A stretch of 62,988 nucleotides of DNA, the filler included, from Platydemus manokwari (Eukaryota), in assembly GCA_037951405.1 (NCBI GenBank). It is 6 parts of 6 records of this genome, joined end to end, with 100 filler letters (N's around TTAATTAATTAA, not from the genome) between each part and the next. Parts side by side here need not be neighbours in the genome. Positions count along the whole stretch, not along the records: positions 1 to 10,040 come from JBBMOY011175544.1; positions 10,141 to 18,944 come from JBBMOY011347316.1; 4 more parts are not named here. One strand, written 5' to 3'. The notes below the pieces were generated by a model. The model searched no databases and had not been told where the DNA came from. It was given only the letters and a program-made list of their open reading frames with translations. The position numbers and the translations under genes are program-made. Shown here one piece after another: positions 1 through 13,330 of the stretch (the stretch's first letter is position 1; every line of letters starts with the position of its first letter).

Positions 1-778
1 TGTGGTTTCACAGTAGTGAATCTCAGATTAAATATAATGGAACCCAGTAAATACATACTTAATAATAATTTTTAAAAATAATTTTGATAATTTAATGTTA
101 ATGTTAAAATTAAAAAAATATTTTAAAATTTTATTAAACTATTTTAAATTTAATATGAAGTAATTTTTAATTTATTTACATATATTAATATTGATATACC
201 TGATTAAGACTGACAGTTAAAGAAGCTTTTTGGAAAAGATTGTAATTTGTTTAAAATGTGTTCAATTTGTTTGTAATATAAAAATTTCGAAAATTATCTA
301 TATGAATGCTTTTAACCAATCTCCACTGACAGGCAGATTGATTGGATAAAAGAATAACTATGAAATTATAATAGAAGAACATCTTATTTCACTTTACACG
401 AAACAGCTAAAGCTAGATTAACAGTTCATGTACAATTTATGTGATTGGTGATAAATATCATTTGTGTGTATGTACGATATTAAGATGTCTCATTGATTGT
501 ATATAGTTTTTCGTTATTTTTCCTGGAACTTATGATATTATATAAACCGGATTTGACTGATCTTCCGCAGGATATTCTTTTCCTAGATTCATCTCGTTAA
601 GAATTATGTGCTGACAAGCTATTATTATCGATTTTGGAGATTTTCCAATGGAAAAGAAAATTATTATTGGAATAGTTTTTTTTTATTAATAAAGCTGAAA
701 TACTGATTTTGATTTTGTTCAATATTTGATAAATATTATGAGATAATTTTTGAAAAATATATCTTTGAATTATCGCAG

Positions 779-2085
779 TTTACTCGACGCTATTCGACCA
801 AATTTCTTCAAGTTTTACTCCGAGCAAAAGTTCCATTCTTTGCCAATTGGGGAGTGAATTTTCTAATGAAACAACTACACGACAGTGATTCCATTGTTCG
901 AAAGGCTGCCTTTGAAATACTATCGGTGAGATTTTTGTCGATAATTTCTATCTGATGTTTTTTTATTGGGAATTCGTATATTGACTTCTTATGATTCTGT
1001 CCAATCATTTAGGAAGCCAGCGAAGATGAAGTTGTGGTGAATAATTTGTCCGTGGACTCCATGGAAATTTTACATCTGGATTTTTCCGGATATATGTTAT
1101 TCTCTCGACTTCTTTCACTTCCTTCGCATTTCGATAGTATCAATTGTAAAAATGGAGTCAATTTCTTTCTAGATGATTGGAAAGAAGTAATCGAATTTGA
1201 TGTGTTTGATTGTCAAGTTTGATTTTATTGCCCAATAGAAATATAGCTTGAAGTATTGTGAAGTTGTCGATGCACAATTGGTACAGTATTTTACGAGTTA
1301 TGAAATACCCACCAACGGTTCTCATGATCCCGATGAACATCGATGGTCTAGTAAAATTAAATCCAAACCTAAAGAGTTAATTTTACCATGTCACCCATAT
1401 GGATCAATATCAGAACATAAGGATGGTATGGATATCCTTTTAAAGCGAGGAGATTTGCAAGTATAGTTATTGTCTCGTATCTATTGATTGAGTATCTGTG
1501 TGATTTCGGTTGATAGGAATGTTTTGATATTATTGTCCAAGAATGGAATCGTTTAAGTGAGAATGATTTCCCATGTCAGCAATTTGAAGATTTCTTTTCG
1601 ATCGATGCCAAAGAACGTAGGGTTCGATCGAGTATGTTTGCCATTTGTCATGTAGCCACAAGCACTTGGGGATTAGAATTCATCACAGAAACGGATTTAC
1701 CATTAATCATATCCCAATTGACTCAATTTCATCCCAGCCTTAATGTCCGAGGGTACGCGATTGTTTATTATATTGTGATTAAAAATATTAAATTATATAT
1801 TATGATTATACATTATATTTAATCATAGTTTGCAATAGCATTTATCTTTGTTAACATTTCAGAAATACCGACGAATCTTAGATATACTGGCTTGTTTGAA
1901 TAACTTTTTATAAATTATTATTTTTATCAATAATAATAATAATTATTATTACTAACTATTATTATGATTATTATCATCATTATATTGTCATTATTTATTA
2001 TTATTGATTATTATTTTTAAATATTATTAGTAATATTATTAATTATTATCATTCTTTTTGTTATTAATGATTATAATTATTATGC

Positions 2086-2123
<38 letters not shown>

Positions 2124-5100
2124 TATTGTATTTTATTATTATAATTGTTATTGAATATTATTATCATTTTATTGTCATTGTTTATTATTATAGATTATTA
2201 TTTTTAAATATTATTAGTAATATTATTAATTATTATCATTTGTTTTTATTATTAATGATTATTATTAATTATCATTTTGATTTTTTATTATCATAATATA
2301 ATTTTTTTATAATTTTTTAAAATTTTTATTGATTATTATATTATTAATAAATTATATTTTCTAAATTATATTTTTTTGATCACCATAAATTTCAGAACCG
2401 GATTGCTATGTTTAGGATTGCTTGGATCAACTCGTAAGGGTGCAGATATGCTTTTAGATTATGATTGGTTATCTCTGAGAAGTGATCGACATGATAAATG
2501 GCCACTCTTATTGGATGCTTTTCATAATGTTCAGAAAAATAAAATTCAAAAGAAGAAACAATTACAACTGTCGAAAGAATTGGACTGTACTTTAAGATCC
2601 AAGTCTCTATTTTTGGATAACCATGATAAATCTGTTCGCAACTCGGCAGAGAGCTTTAATGTTGGATATTCAGTGTTTGCTATTAAACTTCCCAATGATT
2701 GTGTAGATGATAAAAATCAATCTGATCCGTTATTGGGTATTGATTTGATATCCGTAGATCAATTATGAATTGTCATTGAATCATTGTAGGTCGTCAATCG
2801 TATAGTATTCATGATAAATCACATTTCAAATCTAATGAAGACATTTTATTCAAATCACGCACCACAACTGGTGTCAGCACTAATTCGAGTAATTTTATAA
2901 CGGGTCAGTATCGGATTTTGTTATACATATCGAGATAATGATATCTTATTGGGTTCAATAAATGCCATTGTTTTTATCAATCAATCATCATCCAGTGCTA
3001 TATCTACAACATATTTATAAAAGTCCTTCAATAATCGTTAAATTGAAATTTCTATTTTTGATATTTTTTGAGAACGATCGATTTTTTATATTTTTGTTTA
3101 AAAATAAGTTTTTATCTTTCAATTTTTATGGCATTGATGTGGATCTAATTAGATTAAAAGGTGAATTGGGTTTTTTTCTGAAATTGGTACTCCTCTTTCG
3201 TATCCTTAATACCCATCAATCAGTCTAATCATAACCATCTTTGCCTTCTTTCATTGATTTATTGGAATTTATCCAATGAATTATATTATAAACTAGTGTT
3301 CTTCACATTTTTTGTGTTGCATCCCACTTTACGAGTCCAAATTTTTTCGCGACCCCCAGGGACTAAAATAAAAATAAAGTAAATTTTTGTATAAATTTTT
3401 TTTAAACACCAAAAAATTAAAATATATTTAATAATAACAACGATTTTGCATATTCTGGCATAAAAATTCAAATCTTGGCTCTATTTCGGTGATGGCTGGT
3501 CTCAGTACTAATTTTAAAATTTGATCGATATTTTGTCTTAATATAAGTCAGTATGGAAATGAAATTTCTCGCAACTTCCTTTTGTGAAGAACAGTGCTAC
3601 AAACTATGCATAGAAATTGATTTATTTTATTTTTACTTTAATATCGAAATGAAAGTTCTTTAATTAATTATCTATTGATTTTAAAAATTAATTATAGATG
3701 TTCGAGTGTGTGTATGTGTGTATTGTTATCCAAAATATATCCCACGCATCATTAGTTCGAAAATATGGTATTTATTAGTACATAATTCTCATATAAAATT
3801 GAAAATTCACCTTAATGAGATCAAGGGTTTTTTCGGGTAAAGTGTCACGAGTTAAATCAGATACATAATGAATTCGTACTTGTCTAGTAGAGCGATCAAA
3901 AATGGTTAGATCAGCATTCAATCACTTCTAGTATCGTTTTCTCTAAAGTTTCAAGTTCATGATTATAAGTTTACTTTCACCACACACTATTGTGAGTCAA
4001 TTTTTTAAACGGCTTCGTTGTAGAAGGTGAACAACAAACGAAACTGACTAAATTAATTCATCACCATCGAGAATTTTCGGCCGGAACGACGGGAGTGTTT
4101 ACCATCCAACCAGACGAAACTCCCGAAGCAATTTCACCGCATGATGTAATTGGTATTGCTACCATGAGACGTTTGCAACGCAAATCACGAGTCGGTTTAG
4201 TATCGCAAAATCATCTAATTGTTAACAATTGCCAAACGGACTGTGTGGGACAATCATGCAGTGATTATACGGATAATAATTTGATCGGGATATTTTCGAA
4301 TATTAGAAAGGCATCCATTTCCTTGAGAGATGTTTCGAAGCGTAGAAAAAAGTAAGCATATTATTTTTATTAATAGATTTTGAATATCTTTAACGTTTTC
4401 TTGGGTTCTCTCAGGCAATTTAAATATCTAATGATATCTTGAAATTCTCCACTGAATCTTTTATTCAACATGTCTTTTATCATCATCAGGAATAACTGAA
4501 CTAGTGAGGAATATTTAAGGAGGTTGGGTTATTGATAAGAATAATATATTGCTTCTTAAAGACTTTATCTACCAAAGGGAATAAAGGTAATCAAATCGGA
4601 TATAATTTTTCATTGTTGAAAACACAAGTTAGACAGACACCACAATCATTATTTTCATTTAAAATAGATTCCTCGTTACTTGTATATTGTGTTGAGTGTA
4701 GATAAATTTCAAACAAAATTACGCGTTTTGGCACATTCGTACCGCTGTTTTGAGATTTTACACACACGCATGCTTACATAGTTATACGGGCATGATGATA
4801 ATCAATCATTCAGAGATGACATAAATTAAAGATCTCAATTTGGTAAAAGGCGTTACTGGACCAATCCCAGTCATAAATTGTAAAAATCGAACATTGAATA
4901 AGAAATTACCACACTAAGCACGTACAAACTATACATATAAATAACCAGGCAAAGATGGCGTTATTCTCAGTTGAAGCCAATGAAAGAATTGAAATTCGTT
5001 GTGTTGATTTTGGATTCAGAGTGCTGAGTGGCATTGGTTTCAACCACTTTCTCTGTTCGATATTAACCAATAATCTGACATCGATATTCAATCTTTTAAC

Positions 5101-8100
5101 AGAATTTTCATTATTATCTTACCTCAATTATAATCTCAATAAAATAATACATTATAATATATTCGATAAATGAATCGCTGTATTTATTGAAGCTGTTCGA
5201 TTTAAAAATGACCTAAACCAAATTACCAGTTCAGAGCTACTTTATCGACATCGTAGATAATAAGAATTTTCCCATTAAATTGGCTTTTGCAATGATCATC
5301 ATTAAATGACCAATGGAATCAGTCAAAATCTTGTTGGCTTCATCTATTATTAATATTAAGTACTTGTTTTGTGAATTATAATGTGCTCTAGATATACATT
5401 CGTTATATTTAAATGTGAATATAAATTCTAAAAAATCTGTAAAAGATTTTATAATTTTTCTTTTTCTCTCGATTAAAAATTATTAGTTTCTTTATATTTT
5501 ATTTATTTTAAATATTAATTAGAATATCTTGTTTGTGTTGTGAGGAAGTTGTTATGCTAATAAGGAACCAAAATCCGATCACTACGATGTAGTAATAAGT
5601 TAGAAGTGAATGGCTATATGTTCGAATCGACCGATGAGTTAGTTATTAAATTGATGAATTGGAGTTCTATCTGATACTAATGAGTGAAACGAACTTCGAA
5701 AACACTATTTTATAAGCAAGAGTACCTTTTGAGATCGTCAATGATTAATGCTGATGAATTATGCAAATGGAATTTTCTATATTTAGATTAAGAATGATTG
5801 TGTTATTTAATATTATCTGCGTCGATGCTCCGTTAATATGATTTGTATTTTTAAGATTATCCAGTCTCATCAATCCCATGGGTTATTTGAATAAATATCG
5901 GGGACTGGTTTTACCAACGAATTTCTATGATTTAACGATCAACATATTCGAAGTGAAATATGATAAATCTCGACTGAATAGCGATTCGAAACAAGTTAAA
6001 ATTTACTGTAAAAGTGTTATAGTTGAATTATTTACTTCTATCAAAGGATGGGAACGATTTTTCAGGTGAAAATTCAGATTTGGACCATGATTGGGTTTTT
6101 GAGCGGAAATTGTCACCGAGATATATTACAATGGAGGAGTCATCATGTGTTTTAGATATAGCTCTATTGGCCAATGAATACAATCACACGTCGAGACGGT
6201 AATTTTTGGATAATTTATTGATATGATAAGTTGTAATGAAGATGTTTAAGCGCGCATATTAGGTTTCTTTGAATTATTTGAGGACTGTCAGTTGGTTGCC
6301 CTGATTAGATTAATTTGATATCATTACGGAATTTTTCGAATATTTTTCTCAATCATTGATTATATCAATATTTTCATTTCAATCTTGTAGAGAATTTAAT
6401 ATTTTCATCTAAATTTATAATTATAATGTTTATATCTTTCGATTTTGTACCATTTTAAAGGTTTTTAAACTATAATGGGCGCGGTTTTATCATGAAAATG
6501 CCAGTTTTGTTTAATGTGTTTCAGATCGATTGATTTCTAATTCATTTTTACTGCCATATTTTTCCATACCAAATTAAATTACCGATGATTATTTGTTTTA
6601 TTTTTGAAAATTTTATTTGTTTTAATAATTGTTTTTAATCTTTCTATTTTCGAGATTTTCATTGGGAAAATTGGAATTGGATATTTTTAACACTTGATGA
6701 GAAAATTTGATTTGTCGAATTTTTAAATCTATCTTATCTCCATGGTTACACATTATGTCAATCGATATCATGCGAACTATAATCATTAGACTACCAGTGT
6801 ATTTAAAATCGATACATAAAATTGTGTCAAATACTCAATTTTGACGGATTCTACTTGTGTGGTAATTTTTGAAAATAAAATTTCATTATTTTTAATAATG
6901 ATACATGGATTGATTATAAAATCTTGTATTGTAAAGCCGTCGATGTTGATATTGGGTCTGTATACAAATTGTATACAAAATTAAATTAAAATTTTTAATT
7001 CCATTTAAAATGCTTACAGGATGAATATAAAATCATTTAATTACTATTTTTAGCATGTTTGTCTTAATTTGATTGGTTTATTTTTCTCATTGATAAATAC
7101 TGAAATTCAATATTTCGGATTCAATTTCTAATCAATAAATTATAATATTTTTCATAATTATAATTAAGAGAAATTATAATATGGAACACACCGGATCGAT
7201 ACGACATATCGTTTTGGTGTCATCTTAAAAATCCAATGGTATCAATTATGATATTTAATATTCAGAATGGAAAATAGCAAAGATATTCGATCAAGAAGTG
7301 AGGAACAAAAAAGGTCGAGTTATGAATCAATAGCTCTGAGACCACGGGCTACGACATCACATAATTGTGATTTACCTTCAAATGATAACTCGAATGAACA
7401 AAACGGCGATGGCAATATTCATTCGATTATCTATATTGTAAGCAATACTCGAAATATATCATTATTTCTGGGGAGCAATTTACCCCAAAGACATGAATCG
7501 CAAAACGGCCTTATTTATCACTCGAAGGATCATTGTATCCATGTTACTTGTAGGTGTACACAAGGTTAGAATTATTATTTTTATTATTAAGTCACCATAA
7601 TCTAAAATCTAATTGTCATTGGTTATTATTGTATTGATTATTCATCTATTTCGTTTAAAATAAGTTAAATATTTAAAACTTGATAATGTCGCTTCAATAA
7701 GTGTGTTTTAATGTGGTTGGCCGGATCGATGGTAAAGATTTGCTTAGAAACAAATACTCTATCCAGTGGTTCTCAACACCCGGGTTGAGATCTCAAATGA
7801 AGTTGGTAAGCATTTTTAAAGGGGTCTCCGAATTATGGTAGATGTACAAACCATTACATGTGAAAAATCGTGTTTAAGATGCTGTTGAATAAATAGTTTG
7901 TGATGCTGATTAAACTACTTCTGTTCACAATTACATTGACTACTACAGTTAAGTATTTTATAGGTAATGCTATTATCTGATAATATTATTATTATAGGTA
8001 ATTCATTACTTGTTGTAAATCAATGAAATGTAAATCAAATGATATTTAGTTATATTTAGTAATATTGATTTTCTTTTGGGTCGCCAAGATCTTAAAAATG

Positions 8101-8724
8101 GGAAAATGGGTTACCATAGACAAATTTTGAGAACCGCTGCTCTAATCATTATTTTAAAAATCGCATCCAATCAAGTTCGACTGATTGTAACTGGTAGTGA
8201 TAAAAATCATTTATGGATGAATATAAAAGGCTTAATTGCTTGTATTTATTTCTCAATTTATTTTTATTGGTATTCCAGTAAAATCGGTAAATATCAATAT
8301 TTCTAGTGGAACGATTGCGTAGTGATTGTAACCATGTTCCACAGAATTATTATTGTCTCAAACAAAATATTTATAAACAATATTTGACGATATAAATCCA
8401 ATCTGAAAAGCATTTATGTTTTTATAACGTTTTACACACAATCGATTTATCCTAATTTTCTGTTATTTTTCAGTGAAAGGCGAAGTGATTGAATTCCGAC
8501 AAAAGATTCTCAAATCAGTCGGTTTCGTGCTGAATATCAATTCAAAAACCAAAAAAATGGAAATGAATCTTGCCAAGTTAAAGGCATACAAAGACAAATT
8601 AGCATGGGCTGACCCGTGTTTATATTCAGAAATATGTATCCTCATGAGTTTATATGGTTTTTCTCGACAATCTAGGCAATATTTACAAGAACTATTCCTT
8701 TCCATTCCAATGACTCAGGTATAA
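779..8724 (+). CDS. RICTOR: RICTOR (mTORC2 subunit), 5'-partial. Inferred exons: 779-925, 1013-1186, 1239-1460, 1517-1752, 2396-2736, 2790-2903, 4024-4351, 5856-5994, 6047-6198, 7266-7564, 8474-8718/8724; last exon uncertain
   Basis: GT-AG, phase-consistent exons translate to RICTOR-like blocks: RRYSTKFLQVLLRAKVPFFANWGVNFLMKQLHD, LILPCHPYGSISEHKDG, FAICHVATSTWGLEF...LNVRG|TGLLCLGLLGSTRKGADML, RGLVLP and C-terminal DPCLYSEICILMSLYGFSRQSRQYLQELF. Confidence 0.9.
1925..2375. repeat. (TTA)n-rich low-complexity intron with an internal ~110-bp duplication (~1975-2090 vs ~2160-2270)
   Basis: Direct reading of TTA runs and the repeated block ttattatttttaaatattattagtaatattattaattattatcatt. Confidence 0.85.
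5200..5330 (+). mobile_element. Helitron (Pif1-like helicase) remnant in a RICTOR intron
   Basis: 5268-5307 translates FPIKLAFAMIIIK, a decayed FPxxLAFAMTINK Helitron/Pif1 motif; boundaries approximate. Confidence 0.55.
7764..8139. mobile_element. hAT (Charlie-like) MITE
   Basis: TIRs CAGTGGTTCTCAA / TTGAGAACCGCTG; flanks ctctatc / ctctaatc (8-bp TSD with one indel). Confidence 0.8.
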
Positions 8725-8777
8725 TTTTTATTGAAGGCTTTATTATTGATTTGTCGAAAATCGTTCGCCCTCTAATC

Positions 8778-8882
8778 CAGGGGTGGCCAACCGGTCGATC
8801 TTGAAGCCAGTTTTAGCTGATCGCGTGAGATGTTATTCAAATGAAAAGTCGATCTTACGTACACAAAAGTTGGCCACCTCTG
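8778..8882. mobile_element. short hAT MITE
   Basis: TIRs CAGGGGTGGCCAAC / GTTGGCCACCTCTG; TSD ctctaatc / ctcttatc (7/8). Confidence 0.85.
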
Positions 8883-10040
8883 CTCTTATCGATAGTTTTT
8901 TTAATTTTTATTATTATTATTATTATTATTATATTGATTTTTTTCTTGAAAATAGAGCGTTTTCCATTCAGCGTTTTATTAAACTTTTAATGATTAACTT
9001 TACCAAACATATCATGAGCTATAAATGAAATAAAAGATAGAGTGAAACAACAGGATGATGGTGATGATGATTTGTTGACCAATAAAAGCATAATGAATAT
9101 TTTATTGTCAAAATGCGCTGTTAATGCGTGATGTACTGTGAAGCTGATTTGATGCTTATAGCCTTGACCAATAAAAATTGGAAGTGATTTTATATCTTTA
9201 TCTTTTATACCATTGGATGGAACCTTGATTTCGCCAAATGAGATATTTACTATGCAAAGAGTTTCGATTTCAAATTTTCTCTCTAATGGGTTGGGATTTG
9301 TTTCGATTTCCATCTCATCGTATCTCTGTGATTAATAATTTTAAAACTCAAACAATCCCAGATAATATCGATTGTGATAACAAATTGATATTTGGAAAAT
9401 TTTTAAATTCTATTTTTATAAAAGATTATTTTGTTTTAATAATTGTAATTAAAATATCATTTGGTGCCGTGAATTTTTCTATACGTTGTTTATAAAATAG
9501 TAGCGGCTTACAACAATAATAGTATTGATGATTATATTATTATTGGTGCGAAATTGTATCCTTATCTCTCGAAATCATCAAGTGATATTTCTCGCCGAAT
9601 AAGAAAATAATGATAATAAAATAAATGAGCATTTGATGCACTATATTATTGATCAGAATGTACTATAAGTATAGCTTCTTTGCACTTGATTTCGATAAAA
9701 AAATGATATTTTATTTATGATGATTTGATTGGTTGAAAATTTAATTGTATGTGTGTGTATTCGGATTATGTTTTAATCGAATAAAATGTTTTATTTGTAA
9801 TTGTTTCTGAGTTGGATTGAATTTTAGGATTGTTTGTAATGAGATGAGTTTAAAAATCTAAAAGGTAAAATTTAGAAGTCCAATTGTTCCATGATAACAA
9901 TATTGATATTATTTAAGAAGGTAAATTTAGGAGAGTATTTTCCCCTGTTGCATTAAAAACCAACAAATAGATATTTATATCGAATTAAAATCTTGTGAAT
10001 GAATTTAAATTTAGATTAAAAAATTTCAAAATTATTAGAA

Positions 10041-10140
10041 NNNNNNNNNNNNNNNNNNNNNNNNNNNNNNNNNNNNNNNNNNNNTTAATTAATTAANNNN
10101 NNNNNNNNNNNNNNNNNNNNNNNNNNNNNNNNNNNNNNNN
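10041..10140. other. artificial contig spacer
   Basis: N44-TTAATTAATTAA-N44 (stops in all six frames), identical to the four other spacers. Confidence 0.98.
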
Positions 10141-11150
10141 GTGGTTAGTCCAATTCCACCGAGTTTAGCCGGGGCATACATGAAGAAGTTGTTGCTAGAG
10201 TTCGACCCGTCCATCTTGAGAATTTTACGGCCAATTTGACTAATTTTCTTGTCGAATGATTGCTCAAGTTCGTTATCTTTATTAGTGATCACGGTCCTGG
10301 AATCAAGTTTTGTCGTTGCCACTTGCTGAATCCGAAAGTGGAAGGGAAATCGAGAGTGCAAGAAGATGTTAAACGCTGCGAACTCCTGTGGTCGATGAAG
10401 TCGCGATTTAGCAATGGCTTCGAAGTCTGATATGATTGTTTGTAGTATGTTGTTGAGTGGAATACGCTTCGGGAGTCCAAACGGTACGCCAAGGTATCTG
10501 TATAGATTATTTGCATCAATGATTGGTATTTTATTCCTCGTTGATTTGAAGATCTATCCGGTTCCTCGGGTTTTTGGTAAAGTATCCACATTTGTTGGCG
10601 TTGGTTGTGAGTTGAATTTCATTTGTTCCATTGATAATGTGGTTGAGCTTGTGTTCTAAGTTTTCTCCAGAGTTTGCTAAGATGACAATGTCATCAGCGT
10701 ATGCCAGTGTGGAGAATTCGCTATTGTGGACTGTTAGCTGTTCTGGAATATCCGATGATGAGCTTAGAATAAAGTCGACTGAGGGGCAGAACAGTGTCAT
10801 TGACAAGGGGCAACCTTGTTTGACACCACGATAGATCGGTATTGGTGAAGTCTTAATCAACTCGCAAGTGTGTGTGGTTCTGCTGTCTTCGTATAAGGCC
10901 TGAATCATTTCGATATAGTGAGAGTTGCACCCAATCGATTTGAGCGTGTACCAGATGGCATCGTGGGGTAGGCTTGGGAAAGCTTCTTTGAGGTCGATCC
11001 AGCATATATGTAGGTCCTTGTTCTGTTGTGATGCATATTCCTGCAACGATAAGAGGTAAGCGTTGTATTCAGAGCATCCGTCAGAAGCGAGCATTGCCTT
11101 TTGATTTGAAGACAGTAAGTTGCCGGCATCAATCTATTTGAGAAATCTGA
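10141..11150 (-). mobile_element. RLE-type (R2/NeSL-like) non-LTR retrotransposon RT fragment
   Basis: WIDLKEAFPSLPH, RGVKQGCPLS and AYADD; after one frameshift near 10533, YRYLGVPF and YAPAKLGGIGL; runs off the contig end. Confidence 0.9.
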
Positions 11151-11159
11151 GGTTGATCT

Positions 11160-12115
11160 GAAAGTGATCGACAATACGCTGATTCTGGAGAAAGAGAAAG
11201 GTTTAGCTGCTATAATACCGAAAGATTTTACTGCTCAATTTGTCAAGACAATTCACGAGGAGCTCTGTCACATAGGCTCAAAGTAAACCTTCGCATATTT
11301 GAACGACAGTTTTTATTGGCCAGACATGTTCAACACCATCAAAGAGATACCGAAGGAATGTATTATATGTCAAAGAGAAAGATTGATCAATCCAGAACTA
11401 AGGAGTTTCTGCTCCCTCTGAGTTTCAAGAGAAAATCGTGGTGGACATTGTACAAATGGACATGATGCATAGTAACAAGAAGTACTTAGTAATCATTATC
11501 GACATATTCTGCAAGCTAGTGAGCCTCACTGCTACATCTAAGCAAGATGAAAAGACAATCTTCCAGGTTATTTTGTACTCTTGGATTTATCGTTTTAGAA
11601 AGCCAAAGAACATTCTATCTGATAACGGGAATCAATTTGAAGGCAAATTTATGAGTGAGGCGTGTTCAAAATTTGGTATCAAACAGGGATTCAGCTCACC
11701 ATACCAGCATCAATCGAACAGGCTAGCGGAAATAGTTATCAGGACGGTACGAGATATGATAACAGCTACTATAAAGGGTAACAGCAATGAGAAAAATTGG
11801 GCGGAATTGTTGCCAAGGATAGAGTTCTGCATCAACGCAACACCTCAATCAACAACGAAGTTCTCGCCTTTCGAGATAATCTACGGGCGGAAGATCAATG
11901 TTCATACAGATGTGAGTCACAAGAATCAAACTCGGGATGATATTACAGCAGCAGCTAGAGGAAATTCTAAGGTGGCACCCGACATAATGTCTAACCGAGA
12001 CAGGGAAAAAAGAACACATCGAGCTTTTCAGGTGGGTGAGACGGTGCTATCGAATTACCGGATTGAAGTCAGACAGACAGGTAGAGATTCATTTCCCTTA
12101 TGCGATAAAATCTAG
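11160..12115 (+). mobile_element. Ty3/Gypsy integrase fragment
   Basis: Zn-finger remnants IHEELCHIG and YWPDM...CIICQ, then VDIVQM, IIDIFCK, ILSDNGNQF, SPYQHQSNRLAE and FSPFEIIYG. Confidence 0.88.
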
Positions 12116-12491
12116 ACCATTAGAATGGCTGAAACGATGGAGCGGGCCTTAAGTTGAGGCGAGTAACGTGATTAAATAAATAAACACGTGGTGTTTGTTT
12201 AAACAATTGATTGGCGCTTTGGTAGTTTTTCAAATAAATATTATGACGGTATGTGCTTATAATAAAACTGATACAATGTTTGAAAAAGAAATATAGTAAC
12301 GAAAGCATCACGAGTTAGATGTTTATACAATAATTGGTTCATATTACAACAACAACACATTTCAGATTACTTCAACATATTTGTAAAAAAATAATATACC
12401 AGTTTTGATCCAATTAAAACCTTTCATTGTAACTGCATAATTCAAATATTAATTTTAAAACAAACCCCACCAAGTGAATTATGATTTGAAA

Positions 12492-12617
12492 ACTACTTAT
12501 CTATACCAGTTAATGACGGCACCACCCTGAACCCCTTAACTCACTTCGTTTGCTCTTGCTCACTACGTTTGTACCAAGGTTCACGGGCGACGCCATTAAC
12601 TGGTATAGATAAATAGT
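12492..12617. repeat. ~126-bp imperfect inverted repeat (hairpin) with direct repeats in the loop
   Basis: Left arm actacttatctataccagttaatgacggc..tgaacc pairs with the right arm (reverse complement actatttatctataccagttaatggcgtc..tgaacc); loop has ctcacttcgtttg and ctcactacgtttg. Confidence 0.9.
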
Positions 12618-13259
12618 CTAAAGATAGAAAAACAATAAAATTCTTTCAAAGAGAACTGAAACAAACCTAAGATCTTTTAATTTTCTGTGTGAGAAAGTTT
12701 TAAAAAACCAAAGTTTAATCAAAAAAGAAAGTCTAATAAGAAAAACCTTTCTTTCCATATTGAATTGAGTGTTTATTAAGCTCTCAAACACTTTCGGAGT
12801 TCTAAACTCCATCATTGGTCTTCTAGTTTTGTTGATTTGATCTACCATTAAGATCGCTGGTAAGTCAGAGAGTGTTACCCTGACTTGATTATAATTCGTC
12901 CTCGTTCGTTCTACGTTTTCCAAGTGTATATGAGATAATGAGAATGGCTCAATATCGATTTTCTCGCTTTTCCATATAATTTCGATTGATGTTGTGCAAG
13001 CGTGAATGATGATCAGCTCACATTCGAAATCTGTTTCTTCAAAGATTTGCTTCAATCTAAATTTTGCTTTTTAAAAAGTGCAGATTATGGTGACTTATCT
13101 GTCATCCTGAAATGCAGTATTTAGAGTGTTGGGTATTTCGGTTATATCATCAAACCTTCGGATTACAAATACGTCATTTTTCTTCTTCGCATTTTGGCGC
13201 ATGGAGTCATAAAATTTTCTTGGATAATGACGAATAACTTTGCTATTGATTTCTTTCAT
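12618..13259 (-). CDS. orphan ~199-aa protein (exons 13259-13099 and 13056-12618) joined by a 42-nt intron with an AT donor; may be a pseudogene
   Basis: Two ORFs join in frame (…FQDDR|LKQIF…) if ataagt…tttag (13098-13057) is removed; upstream canonical 44-nt UTR intron 13309-13266 and core promoter motifs. Confidence 0.5.
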
Positions 13260-13330
13260 AGCTTTCTTAATTACAATCAAATACTGGTTAACAATGAAAT
13301 ATGACTTACTTGCTTCCGAGTAAACTTGAC

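Noticed and set aside
2962-3471. Short hydrophobic ORFs here and similar ones (e.g. 15463-15696, 17201-17446, 40516-40752, 56507-56758)
   Set aside because: F/I/L/K/N-rich translations expected by chance from AT-rich introns and intergenic DNA
10414-10834. Plus-strand ORFs 10414-10659 and 10631-10834 (also 19176-19451 and 45181-45441)
   Set aside because: Antisense shadows of the RT, mariner and rapunzel-like coding regions
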